From positions 89,032,001 through 89,096,000 of the forward strand of contig NW_026262734.1 in NCBI RefSeq assembly GCF_021869535.1: a stretch of DNA of 64,000 nt. Direction: 5' to 3'. Source of the DNA: Mytilus californianus. Lineage: Eukaryota. The first letter of the stretch is position 1; each line of letters starts with the position of its first letter. Shown here piece after piece: positions 25,793 through 38,412 of the stretch. A model generated the notes under the pieces. The model was not told where the DNA came from and searched no databases. It saw only the letters and a list, made by a program, of their open reading frames with translations. A program made the position numbers and the translations under genes.

Positions 25793-27036
25793 TGTTCCGG
25801 ACCTAATGAGTATTTGGACCATACGCGTATAGTCATGGCCATATGGGTATACTCATATGTCCCAACCTCACGCGTATGGTCGGACAACATGAGTATATAC
25901 TCGTTTTGTTATTAACAGGCCGGACGGATTAGTTTGACCATATAGGTATTTTTCGAATAAATTCTAACATCTTTGGCAGGAACACAAAACTTTTTTTTTT
26001 CGAACCAAAATCAGCACAAGTTACTCTCTGAAATCCTTTATCTTTGACATAGTGTGTCTGAAGCTTGGTGCATCTGTTATCTTACCTTCGCTAGAGTTAA
26101 TTTAACGCACATGTATCCTGTCGACGTTTTCGGAAGAAACCACAGGCACTTTTTTCTTTTGTCTTTGATGATATTAATATATGTTTTTCAGTTGTCCCTC
26201 TATTCTTATTTTCCACATAACAATATATAGGGAGCGCGTAAAAAAGGTAAAAAAAAAAAAAAAAAACTACCGAACTCCAAGGAAAATTCAAAACGGAGAG
26301 TCCTTTATCAAAACTGGCAAAATCAAAAGCATTACACACTAATAAGAATGAAAAACAACTGTCACATTTCTGACTTGGTACAGCCATTTCCTTATGTAGA
26401 CAATGGTGTATTAAGACCAGTTTTATAGCTAACGTAACCTCTCACTGGTATGACAGTCACATATAATTCCATTATATTGACAACAATGTGTGAGCAAACT
26501 ACTGTTATTGTAAGATCGTTTGAATAGGTCCAGGAATAGATTAAATAGCTAAACATAGTTTGAAATGTTAAAAAAAAACTTTAATTAAGTAAAATCAAAT
26601 TTAAACACCAAAATTAGAGAGAAAAATGAGGATTTAATGCACAAAGTGTCTGTGTGTAAAACGTTGATCTCTTGTTGAACAGTTTATTTAGATATTTCTC
26701 GAAGTTTTTTTCCAAAGTCGACATATTGTGTATTGGAGGAAAATCGATAATAACCTTATGAAAAATGCGTTTACTATATTTTGACTTCTGAGTAAAAGTC
26801 ACATTTTTCACCTTCATCATGTAATAATGATTTAATTTTACCATATGATTAAATAAGTCAAAATTTCATGTTTTAAAGATCTTTATTATGACACATCGAA
26901 GGATCACACGTAATGCCATTTACAGTAAAAATTACGTTTCAACATTCATCGTGTTTATAACCCGGACCATATTTGTATATACGCATACGGTCATGACCAT
27001 AGACGTATGGTCCAAATACTCATATGGTCCGGAACA
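25793..27036. mobile_element. MITE-like element with about 70-bp TIRs
   Basis: tgttccggacc..atgagtatttggaccatacg..tat.gtcatg.cc at the left is inverted at 26962-27036. No clear target-site duplication. Confidence 0.75.
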
Positions 27037-28295
27037 CAAATAAACAAGTAATGCACATTTAGGACGAGAACGACTTCATATTTGACATAATAGGTAATTT
27101 GTAAGTGATGGCAAAATTAAAAAAAAATAATCTCGAAGGGTTTTACAAACACCAATCAAAGAATAACGTCGTTTAAATTGTAATTGTTATATACATCTGT
27201 TGTATTTGTTAATGATTCAATAATTACTTAAAATCAAAATAACGTTGAAAATTAATTGACGTTTGTGCAAACGTTCAAACTTAAAAAAAAAAATTTCCAC
27301 CTTCTGCATGCACTAAAACAATACCTGCTTTTATAAACAAAAGGAGACGTTGATTAGACAGAAACCCAACAACGAATATAAGCAAAAGTATAAAAAAGAC
27401 AGGATTTTATTTTACTATGGATCAAGATCTACATCGTTCAAATCTATTTAAAAAGAGAGGCGAAAGATACCAAAGGCATATTCAAATTTAAAGTTATCAG
27501 TAAGATCTACCATGCATAAAAAGCAAATTATCCAAATAAAGGAAACATTGAATGACTACTTATCAGGTTCCTTACTTAGGAAACGCACCTCAAATGTGAA
27601 ACGTAGAAGATCTTACATTGATAAACTTCCTAAATATGCCAAAGTCTATGTTTTGCTAAATAAACTCCACTCTCTCGGACTCCTATCAAAGTGAATAAAA
27701 GATGCGTCTTTGTATGGCACACGTTTTTGGTAATTATGCTCTGGTTGGGTTCTACCACAAGTGACTCCCAAGTCAATTCTTAGGAGTGCCAAATTCAATT
27801 ATACCTTGGGTGCCAAAGACAATACTTTGGTGTGTAGAAGCATGGTCATTTGGCCTTCTCTCGTCCGACGATAGAGTATAGATGTTGAGGACGAATTCTT
27901 CTGATTGCGTTGGATGAATGAATACGCTACCAGTTTTTTCCGAAATTAAATCGTTAAAATCTTATGGCAAATGAGTTCCGCGCTCTCTGCACATTAAAAT
28001 TACCTTTGGAAGGTATTTCGGTGGTGTAACTTAAGTCTCAGGATAAAAAGTCTGTTTATAGCAAACACTCAAAATATTACAATATAAATGATAAGAGATT
28101 CTGATCACAATGTATCAGATTTCATTCAATACAGAACTTAAAATCATGCGAAAATACATATTTAATTGATTTGACGGTTTTCGAATATATGTGAAATTTT
28201 TTGTTTCCGTTATCTTTGTCTAAATCGACTACGGTGCAATATGAAATGAATAACATATACTTTGAGGTCAATACATTCATCACAGATACCAGGAT

Positions 28296-28352
28296 TAAAA
28301 TTTTGTACCAGACGCGCGTTTCGTCTACACAAAAAAAAACTCATCAGTTACT
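28296..28352 (-). ncRNA. Degenerate minimal type I hammerhead ribozyme motif
   Basis: Minus strand: CTGATGA-gtt...gac-GAAA-cgcgc-GTC-tgg. Core intact, short palindromic stem III, GUC cleavage triplet. Stem I pairs poorly. Confidence 0.6.
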
Positions 28353-28599
28353 TTCGAATCAAAAATGTTAAAAAGGCGAAATAAAATACGAAGTTGAAAA
28401 GCATAGAGAATTCAAAATTCCGAAAGATTTTCCAGATTGAAACACTGCTCTAAAAGTTTCATGGACTACATATTGACAAAACATACATCCAGCTTTTACG
28501 GGGTCCGTTGGTGACAAGTTGCAAGGAAAACTTTCTGTCCCTATCCATAATACAATCGTTTTCTAGTGGCGCTTCATCCCGGACCAACCCTGTTACACG

Positions 28600-28695
28600 A
28601 CCTACCGACATGTTTTGTATTTATTGTTAATTCCTTCTTGTCCTGAACATGCACGCAATATTTGCCACTGTACTTTGAGCACATATCAATCAATT
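28600..28695 (+). mobile_element. 3' tail fragment of a mollusc SINE (related fragment at about 14420-14475)
   Basis: tgtcctgaacatgcacgcaatatttgccactg...atcaatcaat; 14425-14468 reads catgtcctga...gaaatatatgccactggacgtaaa. Confidence 0.45.
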
Positions 28696-28800
28696 AATAT
28701 ACACTAAATGTTAATTTGTTAAAAATATAAATTTATTTGTACGAGTTTTTCTCCTGTTTTGTAGCGAGTACACATACATTTTATATTTCCGATTCTGTAG

Positions 28801-29762
28801 ATATAAGAAGATGGGATATGAGTGCCAATGAGACAACTCTCCATTCAAGTCACAATTTGTAAAAGTAAACCATTATAGGTCAAAGTACGGCCTTCAACAC
28901 GGAGCCTTGGCTCACACCGAACAGCAAGCTATAAAAGCCCCCAAAAGTGACTAGTGTAATCAGGAAAACCAACGGTTTAATCTATATAAAAACGAGAAAC
29001 GAGAAACACTTATGAACCACATCAACAAACGACAACCACTGAACATCAGGTTCCTAATTTATGACAGGTGCAAACAAATGCAGCGGGTTTAAACGTTTTA
29101 ATAGGCGCCAACCTTCGCCCAAACCTAAAACAACAGTGTAACATCACAACATAGAAAGACTCACTATAAGATATCAATTGCAATGGCTTAACTCAATCAA
29201 AAGACATATAAACAAGAATTAGTGAACATACACTGAACGAATAAATTTGATCTATGACACAATGTAGATACAAAATTAATAAAACAAGGGGGTTAGATGT
29301 AAAACAATATCAGAAAGACAACCATAACCTTGGACAAAATGCCGCCAACAAAAAAACGTACACAGGTAAATACAAATAATTTTGTTGTAAGGTATACATG
29401 GAGTACGGAAATATTTTTACAAAATAAATAATTTTGTTGTTCATAGTACGAGAACAGAAGTGAAAATTTATTGTCATACTAAACAATTACCAAAGGTGGT
29501 AAATATTTGAAATAGTGAGACGATATAAAATACTAAATAAGTAAACATTAAATAAAAAAAAAAATACATTACCAAATGTATCAACAGGTCAAATACCACG
29601 AAAGTACGATTTGAGAGTACTCGCAGTTACTGAAAACTAGTTAAAAACCAAAATTATTAGTAATAGAAAATCATGCATCAGAGACTAGAATCAACTATAA
29701 CACATCCCAGGGATTTAGTGTTTTAACGTCATGGACAGTCAGAGAAAACATGACTTGTGCAA
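28801..29762 (-). mobile_element. ORF-less 3' UTR/tail copy of the Naiad-like element
   Basis: Colinear with 20941-21920 along its length. Similarity ends just after gacttgtgca. Confidence 0.9.
29680..29745 (-). promoter_or_regulatory. SECIS-like element (form 2) with canonical ATGA_AAA_GA core
   Basis: ATGA-cgttaaaacact-AAA-tccctggga-tgtgttatagt-TGAT. Helix II is kept through G.U pairs where copy 1 has Watson-Crick pairs. Confidence 0.75.
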
Positions 29763-30271
29763 ATATGTATTGTTTTTATCCTGCAATTTACACCCGACAC
29801 CGCGAAGGGGACCTCAAAGTGAATTATCACACAAAAAGAAATGTCCGTTTGCTCAATATGAAAGCAAGTACAAGCACAAATAAAGCAAAAATGTATTTGT
29901 TTACCTGCTATCAGTTGGCTGATTGCGGGATAAAAAAATTTAACTGTTCTTTTTTTTACCTCTATTTTTTTTATCCGACTCTCGATTTGCAGTGTTGCTG
30001 ACAAGGATTAAACTGTATTATGTCTTGTTTTTTTTATAGATAAGAAAATAAATTTGTAAATATTTTGTGTCTTGCTGTTTGACTTATTATAGTGCTATTG
30101 TTTTATTTTCGTCGAGTTTTTCGAAGATCTATTCTATTCCACATCGCGATACAACTCGATTAATTCGGAAAATACGAAGCATTCCTGAAACCTCTTTATC
30201 TTATTCAGTAACTATAAAACACAGTAAGCCTTGTATTCACCGTTTTATATATTTTGTATGGTAAAATAAAA

Positions 30272-30562
30272 TGTTAGGGTGAAGGTTGGCGCCTGTTAAA
30301 ACCTTTAAACCCGCTGCATATGTTTGCACCTATCCTAAGTCAGGTGTTTCTTGTTTCTCGTTTTTTATATAGATTAGACAGTTGGGTTTCCTGTTTGTAT
30401 TGTTTACACTAGTCATTTTGGGGCCCGTTATAGCTTGCTGTTCGGTGTGATCCAAGGCTCCGTGTTGAAGGCCGTACTTTGACCTATAATTGTTTACTTT
30501 TTACACATTGTGACTTGAATGGAGAGTTGTCTCATTGACACTCATACCACATCTTCTTATTT
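30272..30562 (+). mobile_element. Short 3' tail of the Naiad-like family, inverted relative to 28801-29100
   Basis: ...ggctccgtgttgaaggccgtactttgacctataat...ctcataccacatcttcttatt is the reverse complement of the 28801 region. Confidence 0.85.
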
Positions 30563-30769
30563 CTAAATAAATCATTTTGACGGATACCAAAAAAAACTGC
30601 ATGAGTCATATACCTAAACTAAACATGATGAAAAGCAAGAAATAAGGGGGAAATGTTTGTTAATGCCTGTTGAACTCTTTAGTACATATTTTTACAAAAA
30701 AATACAGATTAAGAAATAATTGCAGACGAATAACATAAAGGAATCATAATATTCATTCACAAAAGTGAG

Positions 30770-31170
30770 TCTCAACATGCACTCTCTAACAAGAGAGGTA
30801 TAATTATCACATCAAATGTCTATAAGATGTACTGCAAGCTAACTGAATGCAATCTTATGGGTTATATTGAAGATAAAGGGATACTTGGTGAAACTCAAGG
30901 TGCATTCCGAACAAGATAGGAGAGTGGAGGATTACATTTTCACACTTAAGGCAGGAAGGAAAAGACTGTTCTTGCCTTCCTTGATCTTTCATCGGCTTTT
31001 GAAAAGTTTGGCGAAATGGACTGTTCTATCTTCTATGAAAAAAAGGTATCTAGGAATACTGAAAGATTCCCCGTGCACTATATAAAAATATTAACAAAAA
31101 GGGCCTTTTTGGTAATTACGAGACTCAGTCTAATTGGTTCGATCAAGAATTTGATCTTAAAAAGGGATGG
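30770..31170 (+). pseudogene. Decayed non-LTR retrotransposon RT fragment
   Basis: Manual translation across frameshifts: NKRGIIITSNVYKMYCKL..GETQGAFR / RRVEDYIFTLK / KTVLAFLDLSSAFEK / WRNGLFYLL. Confidence 0.7.
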
Positions 31171-31394
31171 ATATGACTGGCAATATTAGTAGCATGATTA
31201 TATTACTCTGGAAAAAGTTTAGTGAACAAATACTATGGAAGACCAAACACGACAATACCGAAGCTGCATCTTAAGCCTTTATTGTAAATGTGTATGAAGA
31301 AGCTTATTGAAGTCATTACTCCGAAAGGTTTAAGGACGTCGTAATAGAATATCTGCTTCACGGGTGATAACGGATATATTACAACTCGTGATCC

Positions 31395-32070
31395 TACATC
31401 CAGTCGATACTGTTTACTTATATTCTGGCATTGCACAAGGTCATGCGTTTCTCAGACTGTTTATGGCGTCTTTACACTAAATCCGTTGAATGTGTAATGA
31501 TTGATACTTTAGTCTGGGAGAACACAATCATTTATTAGTGATACAGTAATTGGCTTTGAACTAGCTGTCAGAGACTGCATGTACTCTCAGATCTGTACTG
31601 TGTGTCTTTTTTGTTGTGGGTGGTGTATTAATTTCTTGTACATTATAGTCTATGCTTTTATTAGCTGATTTTTCTGCTTTGTATCGATCTGATGAGTAAA
31701 GCTCTTTCCAACTGATATTTATAGTTCTTATGTTGTACTGTTACATCATTGTCCAAGGTTAAGGGGAGGGTATGGCTCCAGCAAGCATGTTTAACCCCGC
31801 CACATTCTTTATGCGCCTGTCCCAAGTCAGGCACCTGTAGTTTAGTGGTTGTCGTTTGTTCAGGTCTGTCATATTTGTTTTTCGTAAATTGTTTTGTCAT
31901 AAATTAGGCCGTCGTTTGTTTTTTCAAATGAATTGTTTCACATGTCGTGGTCTTTTATAGCTGAATATACAGTTTTCTCATTCCGTATGGTTGTCTATAA
32001 TTGCTAACACCCACGTCATTTGAACTTTGGCGGATAGTTGTATCATTGGCAATCATACCACATCTCCTTA
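31395..32070 (+). mobile_element. 3' UTR/tail of a second Naiad-like subfamily
   Basis: gtcgatact...tggcattgcacaaggtcatg and tttgaactagctgtcag match the 3' UTR at 21760-21945 (minus strand). Ends in attggcaatcataccacatctccttatt. Confidence 0.75.
31451..31518 (+). promoter_or_regulatory. SECIS-like element, diverged copy
   Basis: cagact..ATGG-cgtctttacact-AAA-tccgttgaa-tgtgtaatgat-TGAT..agtctg. Helix II sequence differs from copies 1 and 2 but pairing is preserved. Confidence 0.65.
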
Positions 32071-32509
32071 TTTTTATATTAGTCCTCTTAAACTGTATTC
32101 GTTTGATCACGAGCAATACGACGGTTGCCACGTGTTGGGCAGGATAGTTTTGCCATTCGGGAGCACCTCCGATATTTTTTGTGGTTTGTCATGCTCGAAC
32201 TATAGTTTTTTTCTTTGTTATTTTTATTTTACCACATGATATTGTCAGTCTATCTTTTGACTTACTAATACTATTTTTGATATTCCCCCTTTATCATCTT
32301 CTGCCTCTTTCTAAACAATGCTATTCAATTTCGTACTTGAAGTGGCTTTCCAAATTTTCTGATCGAGCGGAATCAAATTGAATTTAATATCTTAGCTGCT
32401 TGTTTGTTATTTGGAGTATGTAATAAAGTCCTCTAATATTGCTTTCAACTTTTGCTGTGCCACTGCATTTCTGTATACCACCATGTGACAAATGAAACAT
32501 GTTAATTAG

Positions 32510-33060
32510 CTCAAGGTCATATGATATATGCCAGACAGACACATGCACCTTGCAATCATCCAACACACCAAATATAGTTGACCAATTGCTCAAAGTACTA
32601 AGATTAATCATCAAATCCTTAATCGACCAAAGAACTATAAAAAACATTGCAGTTGACCAAAGAAAGGGGTCATGGTTAGATGGATTCTGTCAGACAAACG
32701 CATACACCTTACAATCATCCCATACACCAAATATAGGTCGCCCGTTTGCTTATAGTATCTTTGAATCAGACCAAACCACAATAACTTATCATTGACGTAT
32801 AAACGTAAAATGAGGTCTAGATGAAATAAAACCTGTCAGACGGACATGCCGCATTATAATAATTTTAAACATCAAATTTACATGTAGTTGACCTATTGCT
32901 TAATAATGCTCAAAGTATTTGGTAAACGGATATAACAACGAAAACATAATCTTGTTCACTGGTCCATAAAATGAGATCAAGTTTAGATGAACCATGTCTG
33001 ACACAAACATAGACCTTTCAAGAATTCCATATACCAAAATTAGTTATCAGATTACTCATA
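32510..33060. repeat. Degenerate satellite-like array, about 160-bp units
   Basis: cagac..ac...acct..caa..atcc...acaccaaatatag recurs near 32563, 32724, 32880 and 33030. Confidence 0.55.
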
Positions 33061-33065
33061 AGAAG

Positions 33066-35685
33066 TACCCATATCCTCAGTGATTGATATAATCTTGCAT
33101 CCAGTTCATGTTTAGTTATGGGCATAGAAAACGTTAAAGGAGAGAACCGAATACAAGATAAAATCTATACGTTTCAGATACCAAAATGTGGACTACTATG
33201 CACAATGCAATGCACAAGTGCTCACTGGATATAGCTCAGAGTTGTTAACAACATAACTAGTCTGGAGATAAAAAATGACGCATGATAATCAACAATATTG
33301 TCATCTGAGATCTATAATTTTATTTTTACCATTGTTATGAAATAGCGAGCACAAATATACAAATCCACTTGCCCTCATTGACCTTTCCTGTGAACATCGC
33401 CTCATCAGACGCTAAAGTGAAGGTGTGTTCCGTCAACATTTGATCACATAGTAATTCTTGTGTTTTTTCTAATGTTGTCTCTTGCTCATCAACCCAAAAT
33501 GCATACATGTAATACCAATATCAAAATCTAAATATGAAAAACCTATCCACATTTTGGTACTAATGGGTGGGAGAGGGGGGAATATATCAAGGATCTCATC
33601 AACCCAAACAGTCAATATGTATTGCCTGACTAAATATAGCCCTTAAACCAACCACTTGGATATTGAAAGAATGAGGATGTATCCCATGTACTTCAGCCAA
33701 AGATATCAACCAATGAGGTTATACCCATATCCTCAGTGATTGATATAATCTTGCATCCAGTTCATGTTTAGTTATGGACATAGAAAACTCTGTTGTCCAT
33801 ACAGCATATTTGCATGCCAATCTCAAATAACACCACTAGCAAGGCTTTCCCTTAAGGAATAGTATTCCCAAAACTCAAAACAAAAATGTCTTCAACACTT
33901 TTATTAAATATTATTCTTTTATTTCTTTACAATGCAACTAACCATTTCTAGATACGTGTACACAGTTCTTTATAAATAGTTTCACAATTCAATAAGTTCT
34001 CATGAATTCGACCACATACAAATTTATAAAGTCTCGTTAAGGCAATGAACTCATATCAAAATGTACATTATTTGTATCACATCTTCAGCATGATGAAAGC
34101 TTGTCGTAAGCAAAGGGACTTCACCTCCAAGTGTCAACTATGCTGGCTTGTCGCTTACTTTACTGTTGTTGGATCAAACTCACTCTTTACTTCCCAATCA
34201 GGAACATTGACAATTGTATTTCCACTTGATTCTTCTCAACTCTGCTAAAACTATATTAACCAATAACAATTTGTTTATTTGTACTTGTACAGCATTAGTC
34301 ACACTTCGAAAAGGAAAAATCCCTTCGCCTACAATCCACGTGGAAAACCACTAGGGAATCAGTGTCCCTCGAACTGTAGACAAAGAAATTTGAATTTAAA
34401 AATTTCACTTAACATAAAATTTTAGTATACATTGGTATACAAAATCATTCAACATTATATTTAGTAGATAAAACAAAACAAAAATATTGCAACAATTAAT
34501 CTTCCAAATCAAACAGATTGTTGTGACATCTTTCAACACATCAATGAAATTATATACAAATCCACTAGTAAACATCTCAAAATTAGGGGCAAATTTTTAG
34601 AATTACTTTCAAATAGGTTCATTTAACATAAAGCTGTTCCATCACATGTTTTTTTTTTTTTTTTTTTTTTTAATTCAAGTATCGCGCCTTACTGGCATCT
34701 TCTGCCTTTCTCTTCAATACAGACAATTTAGTGTTATATCTATATTTACACCATTTCTTTTTTTTATTATTATATTTCCTGAAATCAAATCATTACGTAA
34801 ACATGCAATTTGTACTCACCAGATTCTGATCAGAAAAATCCTGTCCTTTAAGGTTGATCCTCAATGACATGAATTATCGTAGAATGTCATATTGCTTCTC
34901 CTTCAGACATCAGCTTGTCAGTAACACCCATGATCTGAAAGCTAAAACATTCTATTCATATTCTATGTACATTCAAACAGATCGCTGAACGCGGACCTCG
35001 ACGAAGACACCTTTTTATTCAATACACATCACTCCAGCCAACAAAACTAATACCAAATGACATGTAATTTCACACTTAATGCTTTCCCTTTCTCAATCTC
35101 ACTATTCCTTTCTAACAAAATCTTATTATACATAAAATATTTTAACAAACTCCAATTATACATAAAATATTTTAACGCTATAGTACTTTGCCCGGCGTTT
35201 AACCGACAAACGGCATAACAAATATCTGATCACCTGGGTTAATAATATCTACCCATGACAAGGTCTAAATCCCAAAACATTTCACCACCAAGGTCAAAAA
35301 TTACCACCTAGGTCTATTAAGAAGCCACCAAGGCGAATATAAATGACCACCAAGGTCTTAAAGCCACCAAGGCTAGTATTTTCTGTTTAATGTTGCCACC
35401 AAGGCAAATGTGAACAATTATAAAAATGACCACCTAGGTTTATTGCCACCAAGGCAAATATAAATGACCACCTAGGTCTATTGCCACCAAGGCATATATA
35501 AATGACCACCAAGGTCTTAAAGCCACCATGGCTATATTGCCACCAAGGCAAATGTAAGTAAAAGTTAAAGAATATAATTACTTTGCCGACAACACGTGGA
35601 GCACGACCATCCCACAGCTTGAATATTGAAAGAATGAGGATGTATCCCATGTACTTCCGCCAAAGATATCAACCAATGAGGTTAT
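33066..35685. repeat. Displaced direct repeats of two about 66-bp blocks arranged B...AB...A
   Basis: Block B (tacccatatcctcag...catagaaaac) at 33066-33132 and 33722-33788. Block A (ttg.atattgaaagaatgagg...gaggttat) at 33657-33722 and 35619-35685. Confidence 0.9.
35285..35548. repeat. Array of 13 CCACCWWGG motifs with short variable AT-rich spacers
   Basis: Counted directly: ccaccaagg x9, ccacctagg x3, ccaccatgg x1. Confidence 0.9.
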
Positions 35686-36307
35686 GAAAAATTAAACCTT
35701 GAAAATTTTTTACACTTTTCTTATAGATCTTTTACATATTTTACTATAGTTTTGATAGTAATAAGTTTTGATTTATTTTACAAATAAAAAGAATTTCACT
35801 GTCTTCTTGTCACCCAAATTTATGAGTTAATTTTAAAAGAGATTATATAAAATACCAGAGTTAAACAAAGAATTAGACTAGCCATTGTTTGCCATTTTTC
35901 AAAAGATTAACAAAAGCTGTAAATTAGAGTTTATTATATTATCTAAAAGCGATAGCAAAGTAAAGGTTAGATAATACTTGGTCATGTTTTATGAAGATTT
36001 AAAGCCCAAGGTGTAGCCGAGGGTGTTAAATGTTCATAAAACATGACCAAATATTGTCTGACCAATTTAGAACATATTCAAACTTTCGAGTGACCTTACA
36101 AAATTATCCTTTCCCATTGTAATATTCAAACCTTGATAAGAATTCACTTTTTATAAAGAAGTGTTAACTAGGTTAACAAAATGAATGTATAATATAGGTA
36201 ATGCTCATTTCAATGGTTGGAATGAAATAGCACTAACATAGTTTTGTGCGGACAAAAAGGATAAATTGTTCAAACATTGAATTTTTCTTCAGCTTCAGGT
36301 AAAATTC

Positions 36308-37984
36308 AATACTTATATACCTTAAATTTTCTTGATTTTAAAAAGCACACAATGTTATATAAATCAGCTTTTTGAAATTTGTATATTTTTTGATAATTAT
36401 AAAACTCACTCTATAAATATTTGAATTACAACCATTAAACATCAGATGCTTACTTTTTATTGATGAATGTACATGTATTGTGTTTTTTTTTCGAAAAAAA
36501 ATCCTTTGCTTTATATATCAACAGTCTGACATTGTTTTCTTGAAAGAAAAAAAAATAATAATTGACTCGAATGTCTGATATCAAAATTGAATAAAAGATT
36601 ATTTTACCTACATCTTTGCCCCCATTTCATTTTTTGTTTGTTATATATATGTACCATGATAAACATTTGCAAAATTCAAAATGTTTTTTTATAATTCTAT
36701 TCTCTTTCATCTTTAATCAGCAGGCTATTTTCCCAAGGTAAACGCTTCAGGGGATTGTACACTTCGTTCGTGTAGTTATTAAGAGTTCCCTTTCTTTATT
36801 AATCTACAATGAAAAATCATTCATGTGAAGCATTTTATAGTGCATGGAAAGCCATGTACTATGAAAATTAGAAGGGAAAAAACTGACTTTTCATTGGACG
36901 AGAAGGGGTGAGTATGTTCTAATATTATGTAACCTTTGACCATATGTTGGATTAGCATGTCTGGATTAAGACCACGCTATCGTTGATTTGAGTTCTTATG
37001 TGACATGGGGCCAGTGAAAGGGATTATAAGATATTTTCCTTGCTGTACATAATTATTTACCCATATGTGCCTCACCTGGGAATGAAACGAAAATTGTATT
37101 TTAAGAATTTCTGGTCACTCGGACATTGACCAGCAAAAAATAAACATCTTTAATACTTATATACCTTAAATTTCTTGATTTTAAAAGGCACACAATGTTA
37201 TATAAATCAGCTTTTTGAAATTTGTATATTTTTTGATGATTATAAAACTCACTCTATAAATATTTGAATTAAAGCCATTCAACATCAGATGCTTACTTTT
37301 TATTGATGAATGTACATGTATTGTGTTATTTTTTGAAAAAAATCCTTTGCTTTATATATCAGCAGTCTGACATTGTTTTCTTGAAAGAAAAAAAAATAAT
37401 AATTGACTCGAATGTCTGGTATCAAAATTGACTAAGGATTATTTTACCTTCATCTTTGCCCCCATTTCATTTTTTGTTTGTTATATATATGTACCATGAT
37501 AAACATTTGCAAAATTCAAAATGTTTTTTAATAATTCTATTCTCTTTCATCTTTAATCAGCAGGCTATTTTCCCAAGGTAAATGCTTCAGGGGATTGTAC
37601 ACTTCGTTAGTGTAGTTATTAAGAGTTCCCTTTCTTGATTAATCTACAATGAAAAATCATTCATGTGAAGCATTTTATAGTGCATGGAAAGCCATGTACT
37701 ATGAAAATTAGAAGGGAAAAAACTGACTTTTCATTGGACGAGAAGGGGTGAGTATGTTCTAATATTATGTAACCTTTGACCATATGTTGGATTAGCATGT
37801 CTGGATTAAGACCACGCTATCGTTGATTTGAGTTCTTATGTGACATGGGGCCAGTGAAAGGGATTATAAGATATTTTCCTTGCTGTACATAATTATTTAC
37901 CCATATGTGCCTCAATGAAACGAAAATTGTATTTTAAGAATTTCTGGTCACTCGGACATTGACCAGCAAAAAATAAACATCTTT
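36308..37984. repeat. Near-identical tandem duplication, period 844 bp
   Basis: aatacttatataccttaaa begins at 36308 and 37152. The second copy lacks a short cctggga segment. Confidence 0.95.
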
Positions 37985-38412
37985 TATTTTACAAAGAATT
38001 GGTTTTCATTCCAGGTGAGTGTAACGTTAAAGGACACCGGCCACTTCAAACAATCATGTGTAAAATAAAACCTTCATAGTTAATAAAATCGATATCTTCA
38101 TGTTGTTGTGTGTATTTCTTATCAGGGAATGTGATAATCATTAGTGTAAACACAGATGGCCTTGATCGCCCTTGTATGCATATTTTTAGACATGATAACG
38201 AGGCTCACGGCTATGACATCACTTGTGTTACCAGCTGTATATTCTCAGTGGTAATACTATATAGATAATACAGAAATTCCATGAGTATAGGGTTCCATTC
38301 ATATCTCATATTACATACATATTTTAGTTTTATGTAAAAGCAAATCTTTATGCAGAATTATTCAAAAGTAAGAAGTAATTATTTTTTATTTCGTAAATAT
38401 TAGTGTATAAAT

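Noticed and set aside
35285-35548. Repeat-spacer array as CRISPR
   Set aside because: Repeats are only 9 bp, spacers are about 7-25 bp and partly repeated, there are no cas genes, and the context is eukaryotic.
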